Origin: a bacterium
GTDB taxonomy: Bacteria > Patescibacteriota > Microgenomatia > Curtissbacterales > GWA2-41-24
Assembly (NCBI GenBank): GCA_021813125.1
Contig: JAKALT010000005.1
Location: 107 to 64,106 of the forward strand
DNA length: 64,000 bases
Direction of reading: 5' to 3'
The notes beneath the pieces are model-generated. The model saw only the letters and a program-made list of their open reading frames with translations. It was not told where the DNA came from and did not search any database. Below are positions 9,591 to 19,011 of this stretch, one piece after another (within the stretch, counting starts at the first letter, position 1; each line of letters starts with the position of its first letter). Both the position numbers and the translations under genes were made by a program.

Positions 9591-10163
9591 GTGAAATTAA
9601 TGGGAGATGAACCAAAAAAGAAGAACTTCTTTTTGAAGCACAAGGTCTTGTCTGTTGTTTTAGGTATTATTGTAATTTTAGTTGTACTTGCTGCTGCTGG
9701 TGGTGGTAAAAATAGCAACCAGGCCACAAATACACAGACAGCAAGCGAGAGTAAAACACAAACTAAGGAATCAGGCGATGTTACTCCTAAAGTAGGAGAC
9801 GTTACTAAGTTAGGTGATAGAGAGTTTGTTGTAAATTCTGTTAAAAGGTCAGGCGCATTTGGTTATAACACTCCTAAATCAGGTAAGGAGTACGTAATAG
9901 TAAACGTAACCATACGAAATTTAGGTAACAATGAAGTTTCATATAACCCTTTTGACTTTAAGGTACAGGATGCAAATGGTGCGCAGGAAAGCGAAGCTAT
10001 TGTTGTTCTCGATGATAGCTTAAACTCAGGTACCCTTGCAGCTGGAGGCAAAGTAACAGGTTCGATGCCATTCGAAGTTCCCGTAGGTGATGACGCTAAA
10101 TTGATATTCCAGCCAAGTTTCTGGAGTAGTCAAAGAGTGGTTGTAGATTTGGGTAGTAAATAG
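9591..10163 (+). CDS. DUF4352 membrane-anchored Ig-like protein
   Basis: N-terminal TM; VTIRN..SYNPFDFKVQD..LNSGTLAAGGKVTGSMPFEVP. Confidence 0.8.
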   Translation: MKLMGDEPKKKNFFLKHKVLSVVLGIIVILVVLAAAGGGKNSNQATNTQTASESKTQTKESGDVTPKVGDVTKLGDREFVVNSVKRSGAFGYNTPKSGKEYVIVNVTIRNLGNNEVSYNPFDFKVQDANGAQESEAIVVLDDSLNSGTLAAGGKVTGSMPFEVPVGDDAKLIFQPSFWSSQRVVVDLGSK

Positions 10164-10409
10164 GTTAAAGACAGTAACAACGATTACATTTGGCGTGATG
10201 GAAAAGGTGGAGTAGGTGGTGGTGGAGAAGTCGTAAGACTTCCTGACACACTCTATGGTTATCCATTCTTCGAACAGAATGATCTTAACCAAAGCGAACT
10301 CTACTTTGGAGATTGGTCAATGTATATCATTGGAGATCGTCAAACTATGGCCGTTACTACAACGACCGAGATAATTAATTCCCTTAAAGTATACGTTAGT
10401 TTACGATAA
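10164..10409 (+). pseudogene. Fragment of an HK97-fold phage major capsid protein
   Basis: Start-less frame reads VKDSNNDYIW...PDTLYGYPF...LYFGDWSMYIIGDRQTMAV, matching typical HK97 capsid motifs. Confidence 0.7.
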
Positions 10410-10452
10410 CTGACGACTTGACACGATCTTTTATTTGTGGTTCTATAAAATC

Positions 10453-11022
10453 ATGAAATTTCAAAAAGGTCATACAACAAATAAAGGCAGAATTCCATGG
10501 AACGAAGGTACAAAAGGTCTTTCAAAGGGTGGGAGGACAAGAAAGGATGACAAGATTCGTTGTACAGGTTGCGACCGTTTTTTTGATAGAGCTCCGAGTA
10601 GAATCGTGAAATACAATTTCCATGACACTGATTGTTTCAAAAAATATAGAAAAAATAACAAAAGGCGCCCTTGGGACTATGATGTGTATATAAAAAATTC
10701 AGGTGAGAATAACCATAATTTTAAAGGTATCATGGCTTGTTGCTCCTCCTTGCATAAATGGGTTAGATATCACAAAGGGAAACCAGCATTTTGTGTAGAC
10801 TGTGGAGCGACTAAGAATAATAATGAGAGAGATCTAGAATGGTCAAACCAAAGTGGGTTATATTTAGCCGATTTAGATGATTTTGTTGGGAGATGCTATG
10901 TTTGTCATAAAGAACATGACAAAAAATTAGGCTTTCCTAGAAAGAAGTCTTTTGATAAAAAAGGACACAGAATAGGAATAACTATCTTTGTCCCTTATGA
11001 ATACCGACGCAGAACCTTCTAA
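10453..11022 (+). CDS. Phage-type HNH-like/zinc-finger protein with a NUMOD-like N-terminus
   Basis: FQKGH..PWN start; LHKWV, CVDC, EWSN and CYVCHKEHD motifs. Confidence 0.55.
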   Translation: MKFQKGHTTNKGRIPWNEGTKGLSKGGRTRKDDKIRCTGCDRFFDRAPSRIVKYNFHDTDCFKKYRKNNKRRPWDYDVYIKNSGENNHNFKGIMACCSSLHKWVRYHKGKPAFCVDCGATKNNNERDLEWSNQSGLYLADLDDFVGRCYVCHKEHDKKLGFPRKKSFDKKGHRIGITIFVPYEYRRRTF

Positions 11023-11151
11023 ATGAGGGTTTAACAGGTTTTTTACTTAAAATTATATTCTTTATCCTACAATAATTTTACGACAGTCTTACGAGGTCTA
11101 ACGACCCTCTACGAGTTGACACGATATCCTATTTGTGTTAAATTATTTAAT

Positions 11152-11466
11152 ATGAATAGGCAACTTGAAGACAAGTTAAGATTACTTAAAATTGATCTTT
11201 TAAATATTCTTCATATTTTAGCAGTAAGCGGTTCCATAGCCTTAGAATTGAATGAAATATCCGATTCTACTTCTACCTCTGAATCAGAGCTTAAAGGTAG
11301 TATCAGTACTTTAAGGAGAATGAAAATTGATGACGAAACCTTAATTGTACCTGCTGGAAGAGATGAAGATGGACGGCTTAGATGGAAGATTAATGAAAAA
11401 ATAATTAAAAAAAGCGATTTGGCTAAGTTTTTAGAGGAAGAAATATTAGGAAAAGACAGTAATTGA
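11152..11466 (+). CDS. Small hypothetical protein, possibly winged-helix DNA-binding
   Basis: ORF downstream of a TTGACA promoter; helix-turn-helix-wing-like pattern. Confidence 0.5.
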   Translation: MNRQLEDKLRLLKIDLLNILHILAVSGSIALELNEISDSTSTSESELKGSISTLRRMKIDDETLIVPAGRDEDGRLRWKINEKIIKKSDLAKFLEEEILGKDSN

Positions 11467-11560
11467 GAATTATTAGAAAAACTTATCATAGGTTACTTTT
11501 TAGTGATAGATAAGTAAATAATTTTAGGGTTGTTTTCTTATTAAATAGAAAACGCTAGAT

Positions 11561-11602
11561 AACCCAGCAAATGACATTTAAATGTCTGTGCTGGGTTTTT
11601 TA
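11561..11602 (+). terminator. Intrinsic terminator-like hairpin
   Basis: AACCCAGCA...TGCTGGGTT followed by a T-run. Confidence 0.55.
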
Positions 11603-11613
11603 TTGGATTTTTT

Positions 11614-11790
11614 ATGAAAGGTGCTAAGAAACAATTTAGTGGCAACAGAAAGGTAATACCCCCTAGAATTGCGTTTGTTTATGATGAGTCTCTAGGTAAT
11701 GAAGAAATATTACAGGATATGTATAACAGAGTGTTTGAAATAGCCAAACAAAATATTTTAGCTAGGAGAAGGCATTCAAATATATTATAA
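11614..11790 (+). CDS. Small 58-aa ORF upstream of the recombinase; not in ORF track
   Basis: MKGAKKQFSGNRKVIPPRIAFVYDESLGNEEILQDMYNRVFEIAKQNILARRRHSNIL. Confidence 0.5.
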   Translation: MKGAKKQFSGNRKVIPPRIAFVYDESLGNEEILQDMYNRVFEIAKQNILARRRHSNIL

Positions 11791-11844
11791 TAAAATAATA
11801 CTAGAGGTCTACATCTTTAGATTAAACTTCTAGTAAGGGCAAAG

Positions 11845-13491
11845 ATGTTATCTGATTCAATTACTAATGACTTGGTCATATCTTCACAACCTCTAATTCC
11901 CGCTTTATATTGTCGCGTTAGCACAGGTCGTCAGGAGAATGAAAAAACAATTGACAGTCAGATCGATGAAATTATTACTAAAGCTGTTGGTGACGGCACA
12001 GAGATCCGGTCCGATTTAAGGTTTGTTGATAATGGCTGGCCAGGAGAATTATTAGCGCGTCCAGCACTTGACCAGCTTAGGGATGCAGCAACACGAGGAG
12101 AATTCAATGCCTTATATGTTTATGATTTAGGCAGGTTATCGAGATCTTTTTTGGATCAACTAATTCTACTTAAGGAACTTCAAGATCTTGAGATCAAAAT
12201 CATCTCATTACACGACATTAATGCAGAAAATGATGAGCAGGTTTTTGCGAGAAATGTTATGGGTTTATTCCATGATTTCGAGCGGAAAAAAATTGCCGAA
12301 AGAATGAGGCGAGGGAAACTTTTTAAAGCTCGAAGTGGAACGCTGATTAATGGACAATCCTTATACGGGTTTAACTATATTAAAAAAACTGATACTGAAC
12401 CTGCGCGTTGTGAAATTAATAAAGAGGAGGCCAGAGTAATTAGAATGATTTTCGATTGGGTAGGGAAAGAAGGTGCATCAACTAGAGAAGTCATTAAAAG
12501 GCTTTATGATTTAGGAATTTCACCTAGAAAAGGTAAAACTACATTTTGGACCCATGGACCAATCGTAAGACTATTAAGGGAAGAATCTTATGTGTCTGGA
12601 TATATTTATTACAATAAAAGCGAGGCTGTTGTTGCTAAGAAGCCTCTTAAAAACATTAAATATAAAAAAATTAAAAGGGGTAGCCGTAGAATGCGGCCAA
12701 GGGAAGATTGGATACCTTTTCAGGTTCCTAAAATTATTGAAGATAGAAACCTTTTTGATAAAGTCCAAAGGTTAATAGAATATAACAAAAACTTTGCCTC
12801 TAAAAAAAGAAAATACGATTATTTGCTTTCGGGTATAGCTTTTTGTGAATGTGGTGCCAAAAGGGTAGGAGATGGAATCGATAAAGACAATTTTTATTAC
12901 CGATGCGCCGAAAGACTATATAGATTTCCTCTAGAGAAAAAGTGCCATTCAAAGGGTATTAATGCGGCAGTTTTGGATAAAGTATTTTGGAATGAACTAC
13001 TAAAGTTTATAAACAATCCATCATTGATTAGACAGGCTGCAGAAAATTGGCTTAGAGAATCTGGCGATAATGATAAGGATAGGTTAGAAAAGCAGGAGTT
13101 GACTGAATTTATAGCAAGGGTAGACGATGAGGAACAGCGTTATGCCAAAGCTTACGGCGCAGGAGCCTTGGATTTTGAAAAGTTCAAGGAATTGATGAGG
13201 GGCACGAAGAGGAAGAAGGATGGTTACCAGCAACAACTCGATAATCTGAATAATAAAATTGCTAATCAAGGGATAGACAGTATTCAATTAGATGAGGTTG
13301 TGGAAGAAGCAGGGAGGGTTTTTCAGTCTTTAGAGCTGCAAGACAAAAAACAAATTGTTCGGGATATAATAACTAAAGTCATCGTGAAAGGAGGGCTTGA
13401 GGTAGAAGTAAGGGGAAGAATCCCGCTTTTTCCCTCAAATATGGGATATGAACTTAAAGGTTGGAATAGTTGGGTTGCCAAATGTTGGTAA
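11845..13491 (+). CDS. Large serine recombinase (integrase)
   Basis: YCRVST catalytic motif, RPAL, GRLSR, recombinase domain, CECG..YYRC zinc ribbon and coiled coil. Confidence 0.95.
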   Translation: MLSDSITNDLVISSQPLIPALYCRVSTGRQENEKTIDSQIDEIITKAVGDGTEIRSDLRFVDNGWPGELLARPALDQLRDAATRGEFNALYVYDLGRLSRSFLDQLILLKELQDLEIKIISLHDINAENDEQVFARNVMGLFHDFERKKIAERMRRGKLFKARSGTLINGQSLYGFNYIKKTDTEPARCEINKEEARVIRMIFDWVGKEGASTREVIKRLYDLGISPRKGKTTFWTHGPIVRLLREESYVSGYIYYNKSEAVVAKKPLKNIKYKKIKRGSRRMRPREDWIPFQVPKIIEDRNLFDKVQRLIEYNKNFASKKRKYDYLLSGIAFCECGAKRVGDGIDKDNFYYRCAERLYRFPLEKKCHSKGINAAVLDKVFWNELLKFINNPSLIRQAAENWLRESGDNDKDRLEKQELTEFIARVDDEEQRYAKAYGAGALDFEKFKELMRGTKRKKDGYQQQLDNLNNKIANQGIDSIQLDEVVEEAGRVFQSLELQDKKQIVRDIITKVIVKGGLEVEVRGRIPLFPSNMGYELKGWNSWVAKCW

Positions 13492-14527
13492 ATCGACGCT
13501 TTTTAATGCACTCCTAAAGAAACAGGTTGCTACAGCTGCCAATTACCCGTTTACGACAATTGAGCCGAATGTCGGGGTAGTGGAAGTGCCGGATGAAAGG
13601 CTAGAAAAACTCAAAGAAGTTATAGATAAATCGGAAGGCTTAGCGCCGGGTTTTAAAATAATTCCGGCGGTTGTTCAGTTTGTGGACATTGCCGGACTTG
13701 TTAAGGGTGCCCACAAGGGTGAAGGATTGGGAAATAAATTTCTTTCGCATATCAGAGAGGTTGATGCGATTGTATTTGTAGTCAGGGATTTTAAAAGTGA
13801 AGATATTATAAATACCGGTGATAATCCAAAAAGTGACCTTGAGGTTTTAAAAGCGGAATTATTAATGAAAGATTTAGAAACTTTGGAAAAAAGGTTGGAT
13901 ACGCTGGAGCGTGAGTTAAAACCATTGAGGCCAAACGATTTGAAAAGACAAACTTTAAAAGTCATGGAAAATGCCAAGAAATTAATCGGTGAAGGCAAGT
14001 GGCTGGTAGACGAACTGGAAAGTGAAGAGCTTGCCAAGATTGACGAACTATCTCTGCTTTCGGCAAAAAAAATAGTAGTAGTTGTAAATTCGGATGAGAG
14101 TGATTTAGCAAAAACGGCGGAGATTCCGGGAGCTTTAAGGATTAGTGCAAAGCTTGAAGAAGAATTAGCGGCTCTTTCTCTAAATGAACAAGAGGATTAC
14201 TTGAAAGAGCTTGGGATTTACGAGAGCGGTTTGGCAAAACTTGCAAAGCGCGCTTATGAAGTTCTGGGTTTGGAGACATTTTTAACGGCGGGCTCAAAAG
14301 AAGTTAGGGCTTGGACTATTGGAAAGGGGAGTTTGGCACCTAAAGCTGCCGGGGTGATCCATACGGATTTTGAGCGGGGATTTATTGCCGCGGATGTTGT
14401 GCCGTTTGATAAGTTTGTTCAAGCCGGTGGCTGGAAAGGTTCAAGAGATAGCGGTTTTGTTAAAACTATCGGCAAAGCGGAAGTAATGCCGGAAGACATG
14501 GTAGTTGAGTTTAAGTTTAGCGTTTGA
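13448..14527 (+). CDS. ychF: Redox-regulated ATPase YchF
   Basis: GIVGLPNVGKST, ANYPFTTIEPN, DIAGLVKGA and IHTDFERGFI motifs. Confidence 0.97.
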   Translation: MNLKVGIVGLPNVGKSTLFNALLKKQVATAANYPFTTIEPNVGVVEVPDERLEKLKEVIDKSEGLAPGFKIIPAVVQFVDIAGLVKGAHKGEGLGNKFLSHIREVDAIVFVVRDFKSEDIINTGDNPKSDLEVLKAELLMKDLETLEKRLDTLERELKPLRPNDLKRQTLKVMENAKKLIGEGKWLVDELESEELAKIDELSLLSAKKIVVVVNSDESDLAKTAEIPGALRISAKLEEELAALSLNEQEDYLKELGIYESGLAKLAKRAYEVLGLETFLTAGSKEVRAWTIGKGSLAPKAAGVIHTDFERGFIAADVVPFDKFVQAGGWKGSRDSGFVKTIGKAEVMPEDMVVEFKFSV

Positions 14528-14551
14528 TAGAATTTCAAAACTTATATAATT

Positions 14552-15052
14552 ATGGCGAGTATGTACGAGCTTATGATAGTTGCCACAACGGGCGGTAGTG
14601 AATCGCTTATAAGCCGCGTGGAAAAGTTAGTAAAAGATGCAGAGGGGGCCAATATAAAAGTCGGCAAGCTTGGGAAAAAGCAGCTTGCATATCCGATTAA
14701 AAAACAAACAGAGGCGGAATATTTTCTTTTGGAATTTGAGGCAGAAGGCCCAAATCTTAAATCGATTACCGATAAATTAAGGCTTGAGCAAGAAGATTTG
14801 TTAAGGTATATGCTTTTGGGGAAGAAGGAGAAAAGGCTTTCAAAAAAGGGTAAAAAGGTTGAAGTTGCCCAAAAGGAAGAGTCGAAAAAAGAAACTGCTA
14901 AAGTTACGGTGGTAACAAAAAAGGTATCAGAGGTATCGAAAGTATCAAAAGTCACAAAAGTAAAAAAAGAATCAAAGGTTGTTGACGCGAAGGCAAAAAG
15001 TAAGGTAGCATCAGGGGCGAAAGTAAAATCGAAAGGTAAGAGTAAAAAGTAA
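14552..15052 (+). CDS. rpsF: 30S ribosomal protein S6 with a Lys-rich C-terminal extension
   Basis: YELM..GKKQLAYPIKK; rpsF-ssb-rpsR synteny. Confidence 0.92.
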   Translation: MASMYELMIVATTGGSESLISRVEKLVKDAEGANIKVGKLGKKQLAYPIKKQTEAEYFLLEFEAEGPNLKSITDKLRLEQEDLLRYMLLGKKEKRLSKKGKKVEVAQKEESKKETAKVTVVTKKVSEVSKVSKVTKVKKESKVVDAKAKSKVASGAKVKSKGKSKK

Positions 15053-15193
15053 TGTCATCACGAGTATTCCTAAATATCAGCAGGTCGCTTTGGCACCTTA
15101 CGTCAAATAAATTTGACTCCAGTCATGCCAAGAGCGCTCCTCTGATATTGCTCGAATCCCGACTAGCTTTGGAGGTGCTCTGTGTCTAGTCGA
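15052..15193 (+). other. Duplicated-start hairpin element at ssb
   Basis: ATG TCA TCA CGA ... ATATCAGCAGG-hairpin-CTCCTCTGATAT ... GGAGG ... GTG TCT AGT CGA (MSSR encoded twice). Confidence 0.85.
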
Positions 15194-15715
15194 GCTTCTC
15201 TCAATAAAGTATTGCTAATCGGAAATTTAACCCGGGATCCGGAGTTAAGGTACACTCCCAGCGGTGCTGCGGTTTGCACTTTTGGAATTGCAACAAACCG
15301 CTATTATGTTGCTTCGGATGGACAGAAGAAGGAAGAAACGGAATTTATAAAAATTGTTTCGTGGAATAAACTAGCCGAGCTTTGTTCGCAGCTATTGGCA
15401 AAAGGAAGAAAGGTTTATGTAGAGGGAAGGTTGCAAACCAGAAGCTGGGAAACACCGGACGGCCAAAACCGCCAGACGACAGAAGTAGTTATAGACGACA
15501 TGAGGATTTTGGATTCCAAGCGGGATTTTGAAGGTGGGGAAGAGGAATTATCCGGCGGAGCACCTGCTGATGAGGCGGAATTTGCTGAAGCAACAGGGAA
15601 GGAAGAAGCTTCGGGGAAAGCGCCTAAAGGCAAGGAAGTGAAAAAAGAATCTGCTGCCCCCAAGAAAAAAGAAGAGGAAGAAGACAAAGTCGATTTAGAC
15701 GACCTTCCATTTTAA
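15182..15715 (+). CDS. ssb: Single-stranded DNA-binding protein
   Basis: LNKVLLIGNLTRDPELRYT; acidic DDLPF tail. Confidence 0.97.
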   Translation: MSSRASLNKVLLIGNLTRDPELRYTPSGAAVCTFGIATNRYYVASDGQKKEETEFIKIVSWNKLAELCSQLLAKGRKVYVEGRLQTRSWETPDGQNRQTTEVVIDDMRILDSKRDFEGGEEELSGGAPADEAEFAEATGKEEASGKAPKGKEVKKESAAPKKKEEEEDKVDLDDLPF

Positions 15716-15718
15716 AGA

Positions 15719-15826
15719 ATGCCTAAATTTGTATCAGCAGCTCAACTTGAAACTTCGTTTCAATGTTGCTCCTCTGATATAGAATTTAGGCTTTAAGAAT
15801 AGTAATATAATAGGATGCCAAAATTT
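15719..15826 (+). other. Duplicated-start hairpin element at rpsR
   Basis: ATG CCT AAA TTT GTATCAGCAG...CTCCTCTGATAT...ATG CCA AAA TTT (MPKF encoded twice). Confidence 0.85.
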
Positions 15827-16042
15827 ATTAAAAGATTATCGAGAGCCAGAAGATGTCCTCTTTGCATTGAGGATATTGAAGTTGATTATAAGGATGTTTC
15901 TCTTCTCAGGAAGTATTTATCAGAGCGTGGTAAAATACTTGGAAGAGCTCGGACCGGGATTTGTGCCAAGCATCAGAGACAAGTAACCCGAAGTGTAAAA
16001 AGAGCCCGTTATATGGCACTTTTGCCATTTGTTCAAGCTTAA
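15815..16042 (+). CDS. rpsR: 30S ribosomal protein S18 (zinc-binding type)
   Basis: [33 protein letters not shown]. Confidence 0.97.
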   Translation: MPKFIKRLSRARRCPLCIEDIEVDYKDVSLLRKYLSERGKILGRARTGICAKHQRQVTRSVKRARYMALLPFVQA

Positions 16043-17354
16043 GAATTTAAAGATGCCTGAAAATTTGCCTGCTGAATCCAAGAACTCTTCGCAATTTGCA
16101 GAAAAGGAAGCTCCAACTATACCTACCCCGAAGTTAAAAAAACCTTCATTTGTAAATTTTGTCATGCAATTTGCCGTTGTTGCGGCAGTCTTTTTTGCGA
16201 TTGGCTTTTCACTTGGGCAAAAGCGAATCGAAGTAGAAAAGAGGTCTTTTGTTCCGACCATTAGTGTTTCAAACCAGCTTCCGCCTAAAAATCAAAATGT
16301 AGACTTTTCACTTTTCTGGAACGTTTTTGATACTTTACCCCAGAAATACTTCGATAAAAGTGCGGTCAACGGCCAAAAAATGCTTTATGGCGCAATTTCG
16401 GGAATGGTTGCATCCCTGGGGGACCCTTATACGGCGTTTTTAGATCCTGGACAAAATAAAGCGATTGAATCTGAGATTGCGGGTTCTTATGAGGGTGTCG
16501 GGATAGAAATTGGCTTTGATAAGGACAACAGAATGGTTGTTATCTCACCACTTAAAGATACACCGGCAGACAAGGCCGGAGTTTTACCGGGTGATGTTAT
16601 TTTGAAAATTGGGGACAAAGATACTTTTGGGATGACTTTGCCGCAAGCTGTTGAGTTGATTCGCGGCCAGGCAGGAACAAATGTGACGCTCACCTTCCTA
16701 AGGGCCAATGTCGAGAAGCCTATCGTACGGGACATTCAGCGGGCCAGCATCGATGTTAAAAGTGTTGATGTCACATACAAAGATGCCAAGATTGGTCAGG
16801 TAGCCGTGATTCGCGTTTCCAGGTTTGGTGACAAGACAGATAACGAATGGGATGCGGCAGTAAGTGAAGCACTCACAAAAAATGTTAAAGCCGTTATCGT
16901 CGATATGAGAAACAACCCCGGCGGACTGCTGACTTCTTCTGTGCATCTGGCAAGCGATTTTGTTCAGGGCACAATTGTTAAACAGGAATACTCGGACGGT
17001 TCCGTGACATCTTTGCCGAGTGACCATGCCGGACGGTTAATGAATATGCCGGTTGCGGTTCTGGTAAACGGCGGTTCCGCTTCAGCTGCTGAGATATTTT
17101 CGGGAGCTTTGCAGGATACCAAGCATGGTAAAATTGTCGGAGTTAAAACTTTCGGCAAGGGGACAGTTCAGGATGTTGTTGATTTACCGGGAGGCTCAGG
17201 ACTGCATGTGACGATAGCCAAGTGGCTTACGCCAAAAGGGCATTCAATCCATCATGTAGGTATAACTCCGGATGTTACTGTTGATTTGATCCAACAAGAT
17301 AGAGATTCCGGGAAAGACCCACAGCTTGAAAAGGCCCTTGAGATAATTAAATGA
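16029..17354 (+). CDS. S41 family C-terminal processing protease
   Basis: LGDPYT, PDZ domain, [15 protein letters not shown] and TFGKG motifs; true start may be slightly downstream. Confidence 0.92.
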   Translation: MFKLKNLKMPENLPAESKNSSQFAEKEAPTIPTPKLKKPSFVNFVMQFAVVAAVFFAIGFSLGQKRIEVEKRSFVPTISVSNQLPPKNQNVDFSLFWNVFDTLPQKYFDKSAVNGQKMLYGAISGMVASLGDPYTAFLDPGQNKAIESEIAGSYEGVGIEIGFDKDNRMVVISPLKDTPADKAGVLPGDVILKIGDKDTFGMTLPQAVELIRGQAGTNVTLTFLRANVEKPIVRDIQRASIDVKSVDVTYKDAKIGQVAVIRVSRFGDKTDNEWDAAVSEALTKNVKAVIVDMRNNPGGLLTSSVHLASDFVQGTIVKQEYSDGSVTSLPSDHAGRLMNMPVAVLVNGGSASAAEIFSGALQDTKHGKIVGVKTFGKGTVQDVVDLPGGSGLHVTIAKWLTPKGHSIHHVGITPDVTVDLIQQDRDSGKDPQLEKALEIIK

Positions 17355-18505
17355 AGAACATAAATTTTCCTAAAACCCAGGTTAACTTAAAAGCCACAAA
17401 GGCGACCTTGCTTGTGCTGGCCGTTGCGGTTTGGATAATCAGTGTCATTGCCGTTGCAAGGTATTTAGGCAAGTTGCCGGGCGTCACGGAGCAGGGCCAA
17501 GAAAAGCAAACAACAAAGATTGTAAGTGAAGAATCGGATATTATAAGTGTCGTCAAAAAAGTTTCGCCTTCGGTTGTTTCGATTGCCGTAGGTAATCAGC
17601 AGACGTTGAATTTTTTTGGCATGCCTGTTGGCAGCCCAAATCAGGAATCAGGGATTGGAACGGGGTTTGTGGTTTCGGCAGACGGGCTCATTATGACCAA
17701 TAAACATGTTGTTTCGCAGGACAACCAGAAATATATTGCAATAATTAAAAACAATGACGGAACCGAAAAGAAATACGATATCACTCAAATAAACAGGGAT
17801 CCTTTTAACGATTTAGCAATAGTTAAAATAGATGCAACTGGTCTTACTCCGGTTGACATGGGAGATTCCGGTAATTTACAGGTTGGACAAACGGTTATTG
17901 CAATCGGTAATGCGCTGGGACAGTTTGAAAATACGGTGACAACAGGTGTTGTTTCGGGGCTAGGCAGGGGAGTTAGTCCGTTTGACCCGTCAACAGGAAT
18001 TTCCGAAAAACTTGATGATTTGATCCAGACCGATGCGGCAATTAACCCCGGTAACTCCGGAGGGCCGCTTGTTAATAGTTCTGGGCAGGTAATTGGGATT
18101 AACACGGCTGTTGCCTCTGCCCAAAATATCGGATTTGCGCTGAAGATTAATACGGCAAAGCAGCTGCTTTCCGATTTCAAAAGCAGCGGTGGCAAAATTT
18201 CCAGACCATTTTTGGGAATTCAGTATACACATATACAAAAGGATGTAGCACTTTTGAATGGTGTTCCACAGGGAGAGCTTGTAAGACAGGTTGTTCCCGG
18301 ATCTGCTGCGGATAAAGCAGGAATAGAAGTTGGAGATATAATTTCCGATTTTGATGGGCAAAAGCTGACAGACGAAAATACACTTACAAATATTATTCGC
18401 AGCAAAAAAGTTGGAGACCAGGTGAGACTGAAGGTTTACAGGGAAAATAAATCCCTGGATCTTACGATAACTTTGGGCGAAGCCCCGACCGGCGGATCTC
18501 AATAA
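17351..18505 (+). CDS. HtrA/DegP-like serine protease with PDZ domain
   Basis: TNKHV, DLA and IQTDAAINPGNSGGPL motifs. Confidence 0.95.
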   Translation: MKNINFPKTQVNLKATKATLLVLAVAVWIISVIAVARYLGKLPGVTEQGQEKQTTKIVSEESDIISVVKKVSPSVVSIAVGNQQTLNFFGMPVGSPNQESGIGTGFVVSADGLIMTNKHVVSQDNQKYIAIIKNNDGTEKKYDITQINRDPFNDLAIVKIDATGLTPVDMGDSGNLQVGQTVIAIGNALGQFENTVTTGVVSGLGRGVSPFDPSTGISEKLDDLIQTDAAINPGNSGGPLVNSSGQVIGINTAVASAQNIGFALKINTAKQLLSDFKSSGGKISRPFLGIQYTHIQKDVALLNGVPQGELVRQVVPGSAADKAGIEVGDIISDFDGQKLTDENTLTNIIRSKKVGDQVRLKVYRENKSLDLTITLGEAPTGGSQ

Positions 18506-18990
18506 GTGTGTGTAAGAAAAGTTAGAATTCCGCCGAAAAATTTTCCGATTGCAAAGTATACATTTGCCCAGATGAAAGCGGCAATTGCCGTATAAAACCA
18601 AAAGGTTTTGTAATCGATTTTAAAGGTGCCGGCTGCAATTGGGTTGATAATGCGAAGTCCGGGGACTAAACGGCCGATTGCAATTGCCGTGCCGCCGTGT
18701 TTTTTAAACCAACTTTCCACCTTCTTCAACTTTTCCGGGGTAAAGCGAATATATTTGCCGTATTTTTTAACGAGCGGATTTCCGATTTTTCGGGACACGG
18801 TAAATAGGATTGTTGAGCCAATAAGTGTTGCCAATACGACTGTTGGAACAATAATGAAATAATTCGATTTAGGAAGAGCCGCCGCCGCGGCAATGAAAAT
18901 GTCGCCAGGAATAGGAATTGGAACACCGGCTTCTTCTGCAAAAATTATAAAAAATAATCCTAAATAAGAATATTGTGATAGTATTTCCAT
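18499..18990 (-). CDS. DedA family membrane protein
   Basis: EEAGVPIPIPGD, GRLVPGLR; start trimmed to MEILSQY. Confidence 0.9.
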   Translation of the reverse strand: MEILSQYSYLGLFFIIFAEEAGVPIPIPGDIFIAAAAALPKSNYFIIVPTVVLATLIGSTILFTVSRKIGNPLVKKYGKYIRFTPEKLKKVESWFKKHGGTAIAIGRLVPGLRIINPIAAGTFKIDYKTFWFYTAIAAFIWANVYFAIGKFFGGILTFLTHTY

Positions 18991-19011
18991 TAAAATAATA
19001 ATACACGAAAT

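Larger units (their letters stand above)
4968..13468. mobile_element. About 8.5-kb integrated element (degraded prophage/integrative element) at ychF
   Basis: Bounded by TTAAA(A/G)GTTGGAATA direct repeats; carries a serine recombinase, XRE regulator, DUF4352 protein, capsid relic and defence-like genes. Confidence 0.8.

Noticed and set aside
15074-15148. Group I/II intron or intrinsic terminator as explanation of the hairpin elements
   Set aside because: Too short, lacking catalytic core motifs, and with no U-tract after the stem
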